Shown here piece by piece: positions 6,890 through 16,362 of a stretch of 64,000 nucleotides of DNA. Made by a program: the position numbers and the translations under genes. The DNA is from a virus. Position 1 is the first letter of the stretch, and the number at the start of each line of letters is the position of its first letter. The DNA lies in the IMG/VR virus record IMGVR_UViG_3300010399_000001, positions 51,047 to 115,046 of that record; one strand, written 5' to 3'. The notes under the pieces were generated by a model. It worked only from the letters and a program-made list of their open reading frames with translations, had not been told where the DNA came from and searched no databases.

Positions 6890-6935
6890 CTGCATGTAGG
6901 CTACAATGCTCATAGCGATCGGAGAGGAGGTCTCC

Positions 6936-7532
6936 ATGTTCCACCCACTATCCCAATTCGGCTCCGTGGTCGGTGTCGACTGCGACGAGATCACTGTCGC
7001 AACCGATGCAGCACTACATCCCGGTCGCGGGGTTCAAGGGCTGGCATTCCTGGCCAGCAATGGCAAGTACGGTCTCGCCCTGCGCGCCATCAACCCGAGA
7101 GATGGGTCCGATCGCACCACCGTGGCGGAACTCAAGGCCATCTCCTACGCCCTGGAGAAGCTGAGCAAGACTGCGCGCATCACGATCCTGAGCGACTCGC
7201 GCAATGCGTTGCGGATGATCGAGCGCTGGATATCCGGCGAAGAGGTCTACCCAGACGGTTACCACGCGGGTATCCGCGAGAACGGTGACCTGCCACGGCT
7301 GGTGGAGATGCGCGCGCTGATCCTGCGCGACCCTTCTCGTCTGACCCTGATCTGGCAGCAGGGGCATGAAGGGCACCCGCTCAATGAGTTTGCGGACTCG
7401 GCAGCAAAGCTGGCGCTGCGTACCGGCAAGGACGCGTCGCGCCTGGATGTGAAGACCCTGCCGAAGATCTGGGCCGCGACGCGCCTAGCCGATTGGCGCG
7501 CGCTACGCTCTGGAGCATGCCGAGCCGCGTAA
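6936..7532 (+). CDS. rnhA: Ribonuclease HI-like protein
   Basis: ATDAA, AELKAI, ILSDS, WQQGHEGHPLNEFADSAA (D-E-D-D plus His). Confidence 0.88.
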   Translation: MFHPLSQFGSVVGVDCDEITVATDAALHPGRGVQGLAFLASNGKYGLALRAINPRDGSDRTTVAELKAISYALEKLSKTARITILSDSRNALRMIERWISGEEVYPDGYHAGIRENGDLPRLVEMRALILRDPSRLTLIWQQGHEGHPLNEFADSAAKLALRTGKDASRLDVKTLPKIWAATRLADWRALRSGACRAA

Positions 7533-7786
7533 CACAGCCCCTGCTGGATACCGAGGATGTCTGGTACCTGGAGTACTTCGACGTTCAGGTAGAGGAGTGG
7601 ACGGGGCTTTACCCATACACCGAGTACCACTCAGAGGTCGCGGCGTGCCGCGCCCACCTGGAACACAAGAAGAAGGTGCCCGGCGGTAACGCTCGGGTGG
7701 TGCGCGAGACCCGGCAGCGCTATCTGGTGACCGGACCGCTGCAACCTAAGCGGCCGTTATCTCGCCGTAATCGAAACGATAGGTGA
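7517..7786 (+). CDS. Hypothetical protein
   Basis: ORF overlapping the end of rnhA, GGAG RBS. Confidence 0.55.
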   Translation: MPSRVTQPLLDTEDVWYLEYFDVQVEEWTGLYPYTEYHSEVAACRAHLEHKKKVPGGNARVVRETRQRYLVTGPLQPKRPLSRRNRNDR

Positions 7787-7792
7787 GGCAGG

Positions 7793-7798
7793 TAGCAT
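7793..7798 (+). promoter_or_regulatory. -10 box for probable leaderless transcription of the deazaguanine operon
   Basis: TAGCAT followed 6 nt later by ATG 7805. Confidence 0.5.
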
Positions 7799-7804
7799 GA
7801 GCCC

Positions 7805-8413
7805 ATGGCTACCTTCCTTGGGTTCGAGACTCTCAAGCTCGACGAACTGATTCCCTTCCCCGGCAATGCGCGTCGCGGTGACATCGACGGCATCCGCTCC
7901 TCGGTGCGCGCTCACGGCCAGTACCGCTCCCTGGTCGTTAGGCGCACTCCTGGTGGGGATGTGGTGCTCGCTGGCAACCACACGCTGCGCGCCCTGATCG
8001 CCGAAGGATTCACCGAGGCGCGCTGCGAGGTCATCGAGTGCAGCGAGGCTGACGCTATCAAGATCAACGTCGGAGACAACGGCTGGGGCGACAAGGCGAC
8101 CAATGACGAGAGCGCGCTGGCCGACCTGCTGGAGCTGCTGAACGGTGACTTTGAGGGCACCAGCTACACCCAGCAGGACTTCGAGGACATGCGCGGGCTG
8201 TGGGATGCGGATGAGAACTCCACGCCCGATCTGGACAAGCTGGCGGACGAGCTGGGAGATCCGGTCGACTCGGATCTGTGGCCCACGCTTCGCTTCAAGG
8301 TCCCCCCGCAGGTGCGCGACGACTTCTATGACCTGACGAACAATTGCGCCAATCCGAATGACGACAACAATCGGTTCATGCACCTGATCCAGAAGGTTCG
8401 GAGTGCAGAGTGA
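7805..8413 (+). CDS. ParB-like N-terminal domain protein leading the dpd cluster
   Basis: L.PFPGNARRGD...I..S...HGQYR.LVV....VLAGNHTLRA...DN. Confidence 0.85.
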   Translation: MATFLGFETLKLDELIPFPGNARRGDIDGIRSSVRAHGQYRSLVVRRTPGGDVVLAGNHTLRALIAEGFTEARCEVIECSEADAIKINVGDNGWGDKATNDESALADLLELLNGDFEGTSYTQQDFEDMRGLWDADENSTPDLDKLADELGDPVDSDLWPTLRFKVPPQVRDDFYDLTNNCANPNDDNNRFMHLIQKVRSAE

Positions 8414-9519
8414 CCTTCAGGTTCCTAGTCTCGTTCCACTATCACGAGAAGACGGACCTACAGGCGATCGTCGATGCCTACAACGGCCCATGCGAAGTGT
8501 TCGCCGACTCCGGCGCGTACTCCGCCGCCTCTCTCGGTGCGACGATCAAGCTCGCCGACTACGCCGCATGGCTCAAGGATTGGGAACACCTTCTGACCAT
8601 CAAGGCGACGCTGGATGTGATCGGGGACCCGCAGGCCACCGCCCGCAACACCCGCACGCTGGAGCGCCAGGGCATCAACGTGCTTCCCGTCTTCCATGTA
8701 GGCACCCCATGGGGCGAGCTGGAGAAGATGGTCAAGCAATACGACTATCTGGCCCTCGGGGGAATGGTCCCGCACAGCGGCAAGGCCGATGCGGTGATGC
8801 GCTGGCTGGTGAAGGCGTTCCAGGTGGCAAGGGAGACCGGCACCGTCTATCACGGCTTCGGTCAGACCAGACTGGAGACCATCAAGAAGCTGCCGTTCTA
8901 TTCGGTGGACTCCTCGGCATGGTCATCGGGGATGCGCTACGGCACGATCGTCCTATGGGATGAGAAGTCATCGAACTTCATCAAGCTACAGGCGTCAGAC
9001 CCGGCTCAAGCGCGCCGCTATGCAGCTCTCTTGCGCTCTCATGGCGCTAATCCGTCCCTGGTCGCGAAGCCAGGCTTCGCGATGCTCTCGCGCCGTACGC
9101 CGGAGCAGTTCAGGCGTGAGGTCTCGATGATGCGCGGAGCGCCCGCCATCGCCTATATGCGCATGGGGGAGTATCTGGCGCGGCGTCACAAGGTGCCCAG
9201 GCCCGCGAGCCTCGGCGATGGAAAGAACGGTACTGCCGTCTATGTGGCGGACGCCGCGATGAGGCATCTGGTGGACGCCGCACCCATCGTCAATGACGTT
9301 GGAACAGCTGTGTACCTGGCTGCGGATACCGGCGGCAGCTGCATGAAGATGGCGCTGGACCATATGCGCGATACCGGTACGCATGTCTATCTGGCCAACA
9401 CGGCTGCCATCAATCTGCGCGGCGCGGCAATGGTGGCGGGTGGCGTAGACGCTAACGAGGTAGACAAGAGTGTCTACATCGACGAGATCCGAAAGAAGAA
9501 GGATGGGGAGAATGAGTAA
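8410..9519 (+). CDS. dpdA: DpdA-like 7-deazaguanine DNA transglycosylase (TGT fold)
   Basis: DSGAYS, LDVIGD, PVFH, LALGG, YHGFG, SVDSSAW; directly upstream of queCDE-folE. Confidence 0.8.
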   Translation: MTFRFLVSFHYHEKTDLQAIVDAYNGPCEVFADSGAYSAASLGATIKLADYAAWLKDWEHLLTIKATLDVIGDPQATARNTRTLERQGINVLPVFHVGTPWGELEKMVKQYDYLALGGMVPHSGKADAVMRWLVKAFQVARETGTVYHGFGQTRLETIKKLPFYSVDSSAWSSGMRYGTIVLWDEKSSNFIKLQASDPAQARRYAALLRSHGANPSLVAKPGFAMLSRRTPEQFRREVSMMRGAPAIAYMRMGEYLARRHKVPRPASLGDGKNGTAVYVADAAMRHLVDAAPIVNDVGTAVYLAADTGGSCMKMALDHMRDTGTHVYLANTAAINLRGAAMVAGGVDANEVDKSVYIDEIRKKKDGENE

Positions 9520-10207
9520 GCCGCTTGCGGTGGTGTCCCTCTCGGGCGGGATGGACTCCACGACCCTGCTGGCCCACCTGCTGCAAGACAATGAGGTGCT
9601 GGCTCTATCGTTCGACTACGGACAGCGCCACCGCAAGGAGCTGGACGCGGCCAGGGATGTCTCGCAGTACTACGGCGTCGAGCATCACGTGATCGATCTG
9701 ACCTCGGTGGGCAAGCTGCTGACCGGCTCGGCTCTTACCGACAGCTCGGTAGAGGTTCCCGAGGGTCACTACGAGGCCGAGAACATGAAGGCCACCGTCG
9801 TGCCGAACCGCAACGCGATCATGGCCAGCATCGCCATCGGTATTGCCAGTTCGCGCAAGGCGAAGTTCGTGGCTCTCGGCATCCATGCCGGTGATCACGC
9901 GGTCTACCCGGACTGCCGGCCTGAGTTCGTCGAGGTGCTGCGGGAGCTGGCCTCTGTGGCGCTGGACGGCTTCCATGCCCCACGCATCGAGACTCCGTTC
10001 GTGCTGTGGTCCAAGACTGGCATTGCGCGTGAGGCTGGACGCCTCGGGGTCCCGATCGAGCGCACGTGGAGCTGCTACAAGGGTGGCGAGAAACACTGCG
10101 GCCGATGCGGTACCTGCGTCGAGCGCATCGAGGCGATGCGGGACGCAGACGTGGCAGATCTGACCGAATACGAAGATAAGGCGTTCGCCGAGGGGGTGCT
10201 GGCCTGA
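9512..10207 (+). CDS. queC: 7-cyano-7-deazaguanine synthase
   Basis: SGGMDS, FDYGQRH, VPNRN, YPDCRPEF, TWSCY, CGRCGTC. Confidence 0.97.
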   Translation: MSKPLAVVSLSGGMDSTTLLAHLLQDNEVLALSFDYGQRHRKELDAARDVSQYYGVEHHVIDLTSVGKLLTGSALTDSSVEVPEGHYEAENMKATVVPNRNAIMASIAIGIASSRKAKFVALGIHAGDHAVYPDCRPEFVEVLRELASVALDGFHAPRIETPFVLWSKTGIAREAGRLGVPIERTWSCYKGGEKHCGRCGTCVERIEAMRDADVADLTEYEDKAFAEGVLA

Positions 10208-10641
10208 TGTATGAGATCGCGGTACGGCATAACTTCGAGACCGCACATCGGCTACCGCACCTTGAGGGCAAGTGTCAGTCTCTCCACGGGCACTCCTGGT
10301 GGGCTGAGGTCACCGTTGCCGCACCTGTGCTGCGCGGCGGCATCCTAGTTGAGTTCGGACCGTTCAAGAAGGCCCTGCGCGAGTGGATCGACACCAACCT
10401 CGATCACGGTGCAATGCTCGGCTTCGATGATCCGCTGCTGCCGATCCTGCGCGGCCACGGCAGCAAGGTGTATGAGTTCACCCACTGGCCAACGGTTGAA
10501 GAGGTCGCATCCGAGATCGGCTTCAAGGCTCAGGAGATACTCACCACAATCACGCGCGCACCGGGAGCGGCGGTCATCCGCTGCGATGTGCAGGAGACCC
10601 ACGTCAACCGAGCATCTTGGACGCCGCCGCATGATGCCTGA
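10207..10641 (+). CDS. queD: 6-carboxy-5,6,7,8-tetrahydropterin synthase
   Basis: FETAHRL...KCQSLHGHSW, LDH, PTVE, ET. Confidence 0.95.
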   Translation: MYEIAVRHNFETAHRLPHLEGKCQSLHGHSWWAEVTVAAPVLRGGILVEFGPFKKALREWIDTNLDHGAMLGFDDPLLPILRGHGSKVYEFTHWPTVEEVASEIGFKAQEILTTITRAPGAAVIRCDVQETHVNRASWTPPHDA

Positions 10642-11338
10642 GAAGTCGCTGATGGTCAGCGAGGTATTCGGCCCCACCTTCCAGGGGGAGGGGCCGAGTA
10701 CCGGACGTAGGGCGGTATTCATCAGGCTAATGGGCTGCAATCTGACCTGCAAGTGGTGCGATACGCCGTACACCTGGGACGGCAAGAGGTTCGACCTGCG
10801 CGCCGAAGGCAAGCGGATGCAGGTCGCTCGGATCATCCGCAAGATCAGCGGTAAGCCGGAGCTGGCGGTTATCACCGGAGGCGAACCTCTGCTGCACCAG
10901 GAGCAGAGTGGCTGGATACCACTCCTGGATGAACTGGTCGCACATGGCCTGAAGATCGAGATCGAGACCAACGGTACCCAGCTACCCACGACGCAGACGG
11001 AGATGCGGGTGGCCCGCTTCAATGTCTCGCCGAAACTGGCGCACGCGGGCGACAAGGAAGATAAGCGCCTGAAGTACGACGTGCTGCGCGCGCTGGTGGT
11101 GACTGGAGCGGCGATCTTCAAGTTCGTCGCGCGCACCGCCTCCGATCTGGACCAGGTGGAGCGCATCGTAGAACGGGCTCAGATCCCTAACGAGCTAGTC
11201 TGGATCATGCCCGAGGGTACCGATGCCGAGACCCTGACCCGGGGCATCCAGACGCTAGCGCCGCTCGTCGTGACGCGCGGATGGAATCTCACTACGCGTC
11301 TGCATGTGATCGCGTATGGCGATAGAAGAGGTGTATAG
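10634..11338 (+). CDS. queE: 7-carboxy-7-deazaguanine synthase (radical SAM)
   Basis: TFQGEG, FIRLMGCNLTCKWCDT, ITGGEPLL, IETNGT, VSPKL. Confidence 0.96.
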   Translation: MPEKSLMVSEVFGPTFQGEGPSTGRRAVFIRLMGCNLTCKWCDTPYTWDGKRFDLRAEGKRMQVARIIRKISGKPELAVITGGEPLLHQEQSGWIPLLDELVAHGLKIEIETNGTQLPTTQTEMRVARFNVSPKLAHAGDKEDKRLKYDVLRALVVTGAAIFKFVARTASDLDQVERIVERAQIPNELVWIMPEGTDAETLTRGIQTLAPLVVTRGWNLTTRLHVIAYGDRRGV

Positions 11339-11914
11339 ATGACCGATACCGCTGCCGCTCAGGCTGGCGTGCGGGCGCTGCTGCTTGGCATCGGAGAGAA
11401 TCCGGACCGGCCTGGCCTGAAGGAGACTCCGCGCCGGGTGGCGAAGGCGCTTATCGACTTCACGACACCTACCGGTCCAAGTCCGCAGGAGCTTCTGGCC
11501 GTCACATTCAACGACGCCGATCCCGCACCGGACCAGATGATCACAGTAGGGCCGATCGAGTTCGCATCGCTCTGCGAGCATCACCTTCTACCATTCACCG
11601 GGCACGCGTATGTCGGCTACATCCCCGGCGCGGCCGGGGCGGTGGTGGGCCTGTCCAAGCTGGCACGCCTGGTGGACTGGTATGCGCACGGCCTCCAGAT
11701 CCAGGAGCGCCTTACCGCTCAGGTGACAGGGGCGATCGACAAGTACCTCGATACCCTCGGCTCGGCCTGCACGATCCACTCGTCGCATTCCTGCATGACC
11801 TCTCGCGGCGCTCACAAGCCTGGTGCGATCATGCGTACCACCTCTCTAACTGGAGCGTTCCGGGATCAGGATGCGACCAGGGCAGAGTTTCTAGCCCACA
11901 CGCGCTGCTGCTGA
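11339..11914 (+). CDS. folE: GTP cyclohydrolase I
   Basis: GENPDRPGLKETPRRVA, SLCEHHLLPF, GLSKLAR, QIQERLT, HSCM..RG. Confidence 0.97.
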   Translation: MTDTAAAQAGVRALLLGIGENPDRPGLKETPRRVAKALIDFTTPTGPSPQELLAVTFNDADPAPDQMITVGPIEFASLCEHHLLPFTGHAYVGYIPGAAGAVVGLSKLARLVDWYAHGLQIQERLTAQVTGAIDKYLDTLGSACTIHSSHSCMTSRGAHKPGAIMRTTSLTGAFRDQDATRAEFLAHTRCC

Positions 11915-12032
11915 GGGGTGTGCCCGAGCGCGCTCTTATGCTACGCTACTCAAGGCAGATGCACGCGAGATCTATCACCCTCGTGAGATGCATCAACACA
12001 TTGAGTCCCTACCCCCGGGAGAAGGGAGTGGC

Positions 12033-12281
12033 ATGGCCAGCAAGCTTTACCGCGTCAAGACTCTGACGCTAGGCGAGGTATCCATCGAGGAGGGTTCCGA
12101 AGCCAAGGAGCTGGAGGAGGCGATCGCCAAGGGCGAGGAAGCCGTCTTCGACCTCTTCAACGAGTACGAGATCGGCGTCGATCTGGATGACGCAGAAGTC
12201 GTCGGCGTGGAGATCATCGACGCCGATGGCAAGGTCATCGCCAAGAGAGGCCAGGAGTTGCCCGGAATCGTCCGGGTCTAG
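12033..12281 (+). CDS. Acidic hypothetical protein
   Basis: ATG after GGGAG RBS; promoter motif at 11938-11951. Confidence 0.6.
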   Translation: MASKLYRVKTLTLGEVSIEEGSEAKELEEAIAKGEEAVFDLFNEYEIGVDLDDAEVVGVEIIDADGKVIAKRGQELPGIVRV

Positions 12282-12292
12282 AACGGAGCAAC

Positions 12293-12472
12293 ATGCCCAG
12301 GCAGAAGAGGTCGGTATCCCCGAATCCGGGTAGGCGCAGCGGCGAGCCGTCGAAGCACCAGCGGCGCGTCAAGGCGAAGCTGGCCGAGCGCACCGCGCGC
12401 TACGAGGCCGTGCCTGCCCCGATCAAGGGCGGCTTCAGGAAGCCGGGTTCGCAGAACCTGCACCACCAGTAA
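12293..12472 (+). CDS. Small basic protein (59 aa, below the ORF-track cutoff)
   Basis: GGAG RBS; MPRQKRSVSPNPGRRSGEPSKHQRRVKAKLAERTARYEAVPAPIKGGFRKPGSQNLHHQ. Confidence 0.6.
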   Translation: MPRQKRSVSPNPGRRSGEPSKHQRRVKAKLAERTARYEAVPAPIKGGFRKPGSQNLHHQ

Positions 12473-12512
12473 CCCCTACGCGGGAGGGAGTCCACCACCC
12501 CCTCCCGCACCC

Positions 12513-12580
12513 GCCCCTGTCGCCCAATTGGCAGAGCATCCGGTGCACCGGAGATCGAGGTTCAAGTCCTCGCGGGGGCT
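12513..12580 (+). ncRNA. tRNA-like RNA lacking an anticodon loop (4-nt loop)
   Basis: Acceptor GCCCCUG/CGGGGGC, D loop AAUUGGCA, arm UCCGG-UGCA-CCGGA, T arm CGAGG-UUCAAGU-CCUCG; no CCA. Confidence 0.8.
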
Positions 12581-12614
12581 CTCTGCGGCCGACCGGCCGT
12601 GAGAGGAGGAGGTT

Positions 12615-13091
12615 GTGGATCTCAGTGGGGAGGCCAGACGCATCGGAGACGCACTCCGGCTGCACTGGCCTGAAACGAAGTTCTACGTCTCAACCCAGCC
12701 GTCCGAGGGTGAGCATTGCGCTCTGGTGATCGTCGAATGGGAAGACGCACCGCGCGCCACCATGGTGCGACATGTAGCCAGGGAGGCTGCTGACTTCTCC
12801 ACCAGCAAGAGGCCGGGATGGAAGATCGCCTTCCGTCACCGCATCTCCCGCGACCTGCGCCTTCGGGTGCGCGAGGTGATTCTGGCCCAGTATCCGGGCT
12901 ATGACTACATCACGCAGACCGGTGATCTGAATCCGGATGCCGTCTGGCGCTACCTCGCACCGCCGATCGTGATCCCGGTGGATGAACTCGGTGAAGAATC
13001 CACGGTCAAGTGCAAAGACCGTGATGGCAACTTCCTGATCAAGGCGGTCGCCTATGCGATCCTGCGGCGCGAGGGCGCGAAGGATGTCTAG
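12615..13091 (+). CDS. Hypothetical protein
   Basis: Strong AGGAGG RBS. Confidence 0.65.
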   Translation: MDLSGEARRIGDALRLHWPETKFYVSTQPSEGEHCALVIVEWEDAPRATMVRHVAREAADFSTSKRPGWKIAFRHRISRDLRLRVREVILAQYPGYDYITQTGDLNPDAVWRYLAPPIVIPVDELGEESTVKCKDRDGNFLIKAVAYAILRREGAKDV

Positions 13092-13117
13092 CCATATCCG
13101 GAGGGGGGTGAAGAAGG

Positions 13118-13375
13118 GTGAGAAGACCTAACTGGCTCAGGGACATCATCGAAGGCATCCGGGAGGGACTCGAAGAGGGTCACGAGAGCGCACATACGCG
13201 CGTGGTGATGCAGATGCCGCTGGATTGGCCGTGCACGACGTGTAGCGGTAGAGGTAGCGGGCCCAATCAAGATGCGTGCACCAGGTGCGACGGCAGCGGC
13301 TATGCGTTATCACCGCGCGGCGAGGAGCTGGCCTCCTTCCTGAAGCGGCATGGTTTCACGCGCTCGATCCGATAG
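13118..13375 (+). CDS. DnaJ-type zinc-finger protein
   Basis: CTTCSGRG...CTRCDGSG (two CxxCxGxG). Confidence 0.7.
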   Translation: MRRPNWLRDIIEGIREGLEEGHESAHTRVVMQMPLDWPCTTCSGRGSGPNQDACTRCDGSGYALSPRGEELASFLKRHGFTRSIR

Positions 13376-13491
13376 AACCCCGCGATGCAAGCGGCTGCGT
13401 CACAGGCGCAGCCGCTTGCTGCTTGTGCGCTGATCTTGCGCACATGCTACGCTACTCGCGCGCAAGAAAGCGCATAGAGAGGAGCGCACCC

Positions 13492-13701
13492 ATGGACGAG
13501 ATCATCATCGGGGCGGGCTGCAAGATCGAGTGCGGCGAGAGCTTCGGCCGGACGATCATCGACCTGATCTATCCGGGCGACACGGTGACCCTCAGCTTCG
13601 AGGGTACCGACGAGGAGATTCGCGACTGCGCCATGCGGCTGACCCTGGCTGCGGCGGAGGTCTACAGCGACGCCAGTCGGCGCATTGCGGGCCGTGGCTG
13701 A
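13492..13701 (+). CDS. Hypothetical protein
   Basis: GAGGAG RBS; promoter motif at 13444-13457. Confidence 0.6.
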   Translation: MDEIIIGAGCKIECGESFGRTIIDLIYPGDTVTLSFEGTDEEIRDCAMRLTLAAAEVYSDASRRIAGRG

Positions 13702-14465
13702 TGTTCATCGAGCGCAGCGGTAAGAGGGGCAGAGAGCCGCAGTATCTGATCTGCTACCCGTCCGTGACCGACGTGGGCGATCGTTCGATCCTGATCGACA
13801 ACCTGCGCGCTATAGAGGCTGGCGAGGTGGATGTCGAGCCGACCGTCTATCACTCACCCTCGGGCAGCTCCGAGTTCATCGAGGTTGAGTGCAAGACGAG
13901 CCTGATCGATGACCAGCCAGGCAGACGCGAGACCAGAGTCAAGACCCTTCAAGGGGATCTTGTCGACGAGCTGGAGTGGTGGATCGAAGGGGCTGGTAGC
14001 CCGAAGAAGGCTGGCAAGAGGAAGATCGGAAAGAAGCCGTGGCGGCCCAAAGCGACCTTCTATCTGCTAGCCGAGGTCTTTCCGCTTCCCGGCGGCGAAC
14101 GGCGCTTCACGCCGATCGGGATCTTCTTCAAGCTGGCCAAGGCCCAGGACTGGGCGCAGGAGATGACGAAGGACTACGAGCAGTCCGCAAGCCAGTTCGA
14201 CGACCCACCACACCCCCTGGAGTTCTGCTGGTCCACCGATAAGAAGACCGGCGAGATGTCGCTGCGCACCTCGATCAACGGTATGGGTGTAGGCATCGTG
14301 CAGTTCATCATCCAGGGGATTCCCTGCGATCCTGCACTGCGCGACACCTATAACGAGATCAGGGCGGTCGCAGCAGAGCGCGCTCGTGCGGCAGGCGACG
14401 AGAAGTCGGCGCTGGATATCGAGGCCAGCAAGAAGGGCCGCAGAAGGGTGCATCGTGGCGACTGA
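13701..14465 (+). CDS. Hypothetical protein
   Basis: TGATG coupling with the upstream gene. Confidence 0.65.
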   Translation: MFIERSGKRGREPQYLICYPSVTDVGDRSILIDNLRAIEAGEVDVEPTVYHSPSGSSEFIEVECKTSLIDDQPGRRETRVKTLQGDLVDELEWWIEGAGSPKKAGKRKIGKKPWRPKATFYLLAEVFPLPGGERRFTPIGIFFKLAKAQDWAQEMTKDYEQSASQFDDPPHPLEFCWSTDKKTGEMSLRTSINGMGVGIVQFIIQGIPCDPALRDTYNEIRAVAAERARAAGDEKSALDIEASKKGRRRVHRGD

Positions 14466-14670
14466 CGGTCCGGATCGAATCACCGTTTGCCTGGACGCAG
14501 ACGCCAGGGCCGCCCTGGCTCGCCTGCTAGGCCGTACTGATCACTCCAAGACGGAGGTCACGCAGCGCGCGCTGAAGGTCTACGACCTCGTGGACGATTC
14601 CATCCGCAAGGGCGGCAGGGTCTACGTCGAGGATGCAGACGGCAAGTTCATCGAGGTGAGAATCCTATGA
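14455..14670 (+). CDS. Ribbon-helix-helix (CopG-like) DNA-binding protein
   Basis: RITVCLD..ARAALARL......SKTEVTQRAL.VY. Confidence 0.65.
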   Translation: MATDGPDRITVCLDADARAALARLLGRTDHSKTEVTQRALKVYDLVDDSIRKGGRVYVEDADGKFIEVRIL

Positions 14671-16362
14671 GCGACGTGGCCCAGGCGCGGCACGTGATCG
14701 ACCATTGGGATACGGCCGCCAAGATAGGCGATGACGAGTGGGAGCTGGACGGTCACGAGTTCACCAGGCAGGAGGCGCTGGATAAGGTCGCCAGACTGCG
14801 CTCGATCGTGCCAACGATGGATCACCGCCCTGTGCACGTGACCGGGCACATCCAGTTCACCGAGGAGGCTCCGTGAGCAAGGAGCCGCTGCAAGGTGAGA
14901 CTTCCGAGGACTACTGGGACCTGATCGCGCCGACCGGCATCGGCGGCGGCTGGGAGCTGTTCGGTAAGAGGCTGGATAAGCAGTCCGCCAAGAATCAGGC
15001 TGCCAATGCCAACGGCATGTTCCCGCTTGCCGATGTGCGCGCAGTGCACGTCACCACGTCTATGCGCTTCACCGAGGAGGACTAGTGGAGCCTCTATTCG
15101 AAGTCATGGACTGGGTGATGCTCCAGAACTGCCCCAGCCCCGGCATGGTGCTGGACCGCCAGGTGCGCGAGGGTGACTTCCATTACCGGATGGACTGGCC
15201 GGATCACCCGAAGGATCACAAGTACTACCCGCAAAGCGATCTACTGCCGACCCGTGCGCCCAGTGAGCATGGGGCGCAGAGTGATGTCGGATAACGAGAG
15301 GAGCAGGTCATGAGGGGTTTCTTCGCAGCACTGATCAGCGGTGCAGTCGTGCTCACCGGTCATGTGGTCGGGTTCCCCATGTGGGAGGACTTCACGGCCG
15401 GAGTCGTGCTGGGCTCCCTGCTCGGCGGACCGACGACCACGATGCTGTGGGATGACGGCCATAAGCGCAAGAACAAGAGACTGCCGAAGTAGATGGCAGT
15501 CGACGGTAGACGACGATGAAGGGATCGAATGATGGGGGTCTTCCAGAAGCGGGGCGGCTCGGCATGCATCGTGACGGGCTGCACGGACCCGATGCTGGCA
15601 CTGGTGCTCGCGATGGCGCTGGTGAAGGTCGCGCCGAAGGTGCGCAAGAGGCGGGCGAGGTAAGCCGGGAGAAGACGAAGCTGTCGCCGGAGAGGTGGGC
15701 TGCAACAGTCACTTTCGTACTGGCGAATCAGCCGGAGCTGGCTGGCGTGACGGTGCAGGCGATGCAGGAGGGAATCCTCATCGCCAATGACCGCCTGCGC
15801 GACCGCGTTGCTGCCGTCAGCCTGGGGTTGGTCGAGGCCATGAACACGAGGCTGACCCACAAGAAGCGGCGGCATGACGTGATCATCCGCGCGATCAAGG
15901 CCAGCGTCGTGTTCGGCTCGAAGTGGTCCGACGACATGATCGCCAGCGAGAGCGAGGCGCAGAAGGAATGAGCGCCGCAGATCTCGCCAGGGCTCATCCC
16001 GCAGCAGCGCAGGTCGTCCTCGGGGTCTATGTGACCTTTCTGGTCGGCGCTGGGATCTGGTTGGTTATTCAGTTATGGAGGCGCAGGTGAGCGACCAGCC
16101 AAGCTTGGGGCCGGAGCAGATCGACAGGGTCGGCTGTACCTGCTACGGGTGCATCCTTGATCGGAACGTGCCCTTGGATCGGGCGACCGTGACGCAGGTG
16201 CACGACATGCTTCAGGGTCGGCTCATCAATGCCACCGGCATCGACAGAAGCGAGTTCCTGACCGTCTGTGACGGCACCGGCAAGGTCGTACGGGTGATCA
16301 AGCCGGAGAGCAACGATGAGTTTCTCGACGCGATAAACACGAACAACTGGAGGATCAGATGA
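14667..16362 (+). other. Run of small coupled hypothetical ORFs (14667-14876, 14873-15085, 15085-15294, 15310-15492 membrane protein, 15516-15971, 16075-16362)
   Basis: ATGA/GTGA overlaps and GGAGG-type RBSs; no recognisable domains. Confidence 0.55.

Noticed and set aside
8410-9519. Queuine tRNA-ribosyltransferase (Tgt) acting on tRNA
   Set aside because: It lacks the CxCxxC/H zinc site of bacterial Tgt, there is no queF/queA, and the parB-X-queCDE-folE context fits phage DpdA; activity on RNA is not formally excluded.
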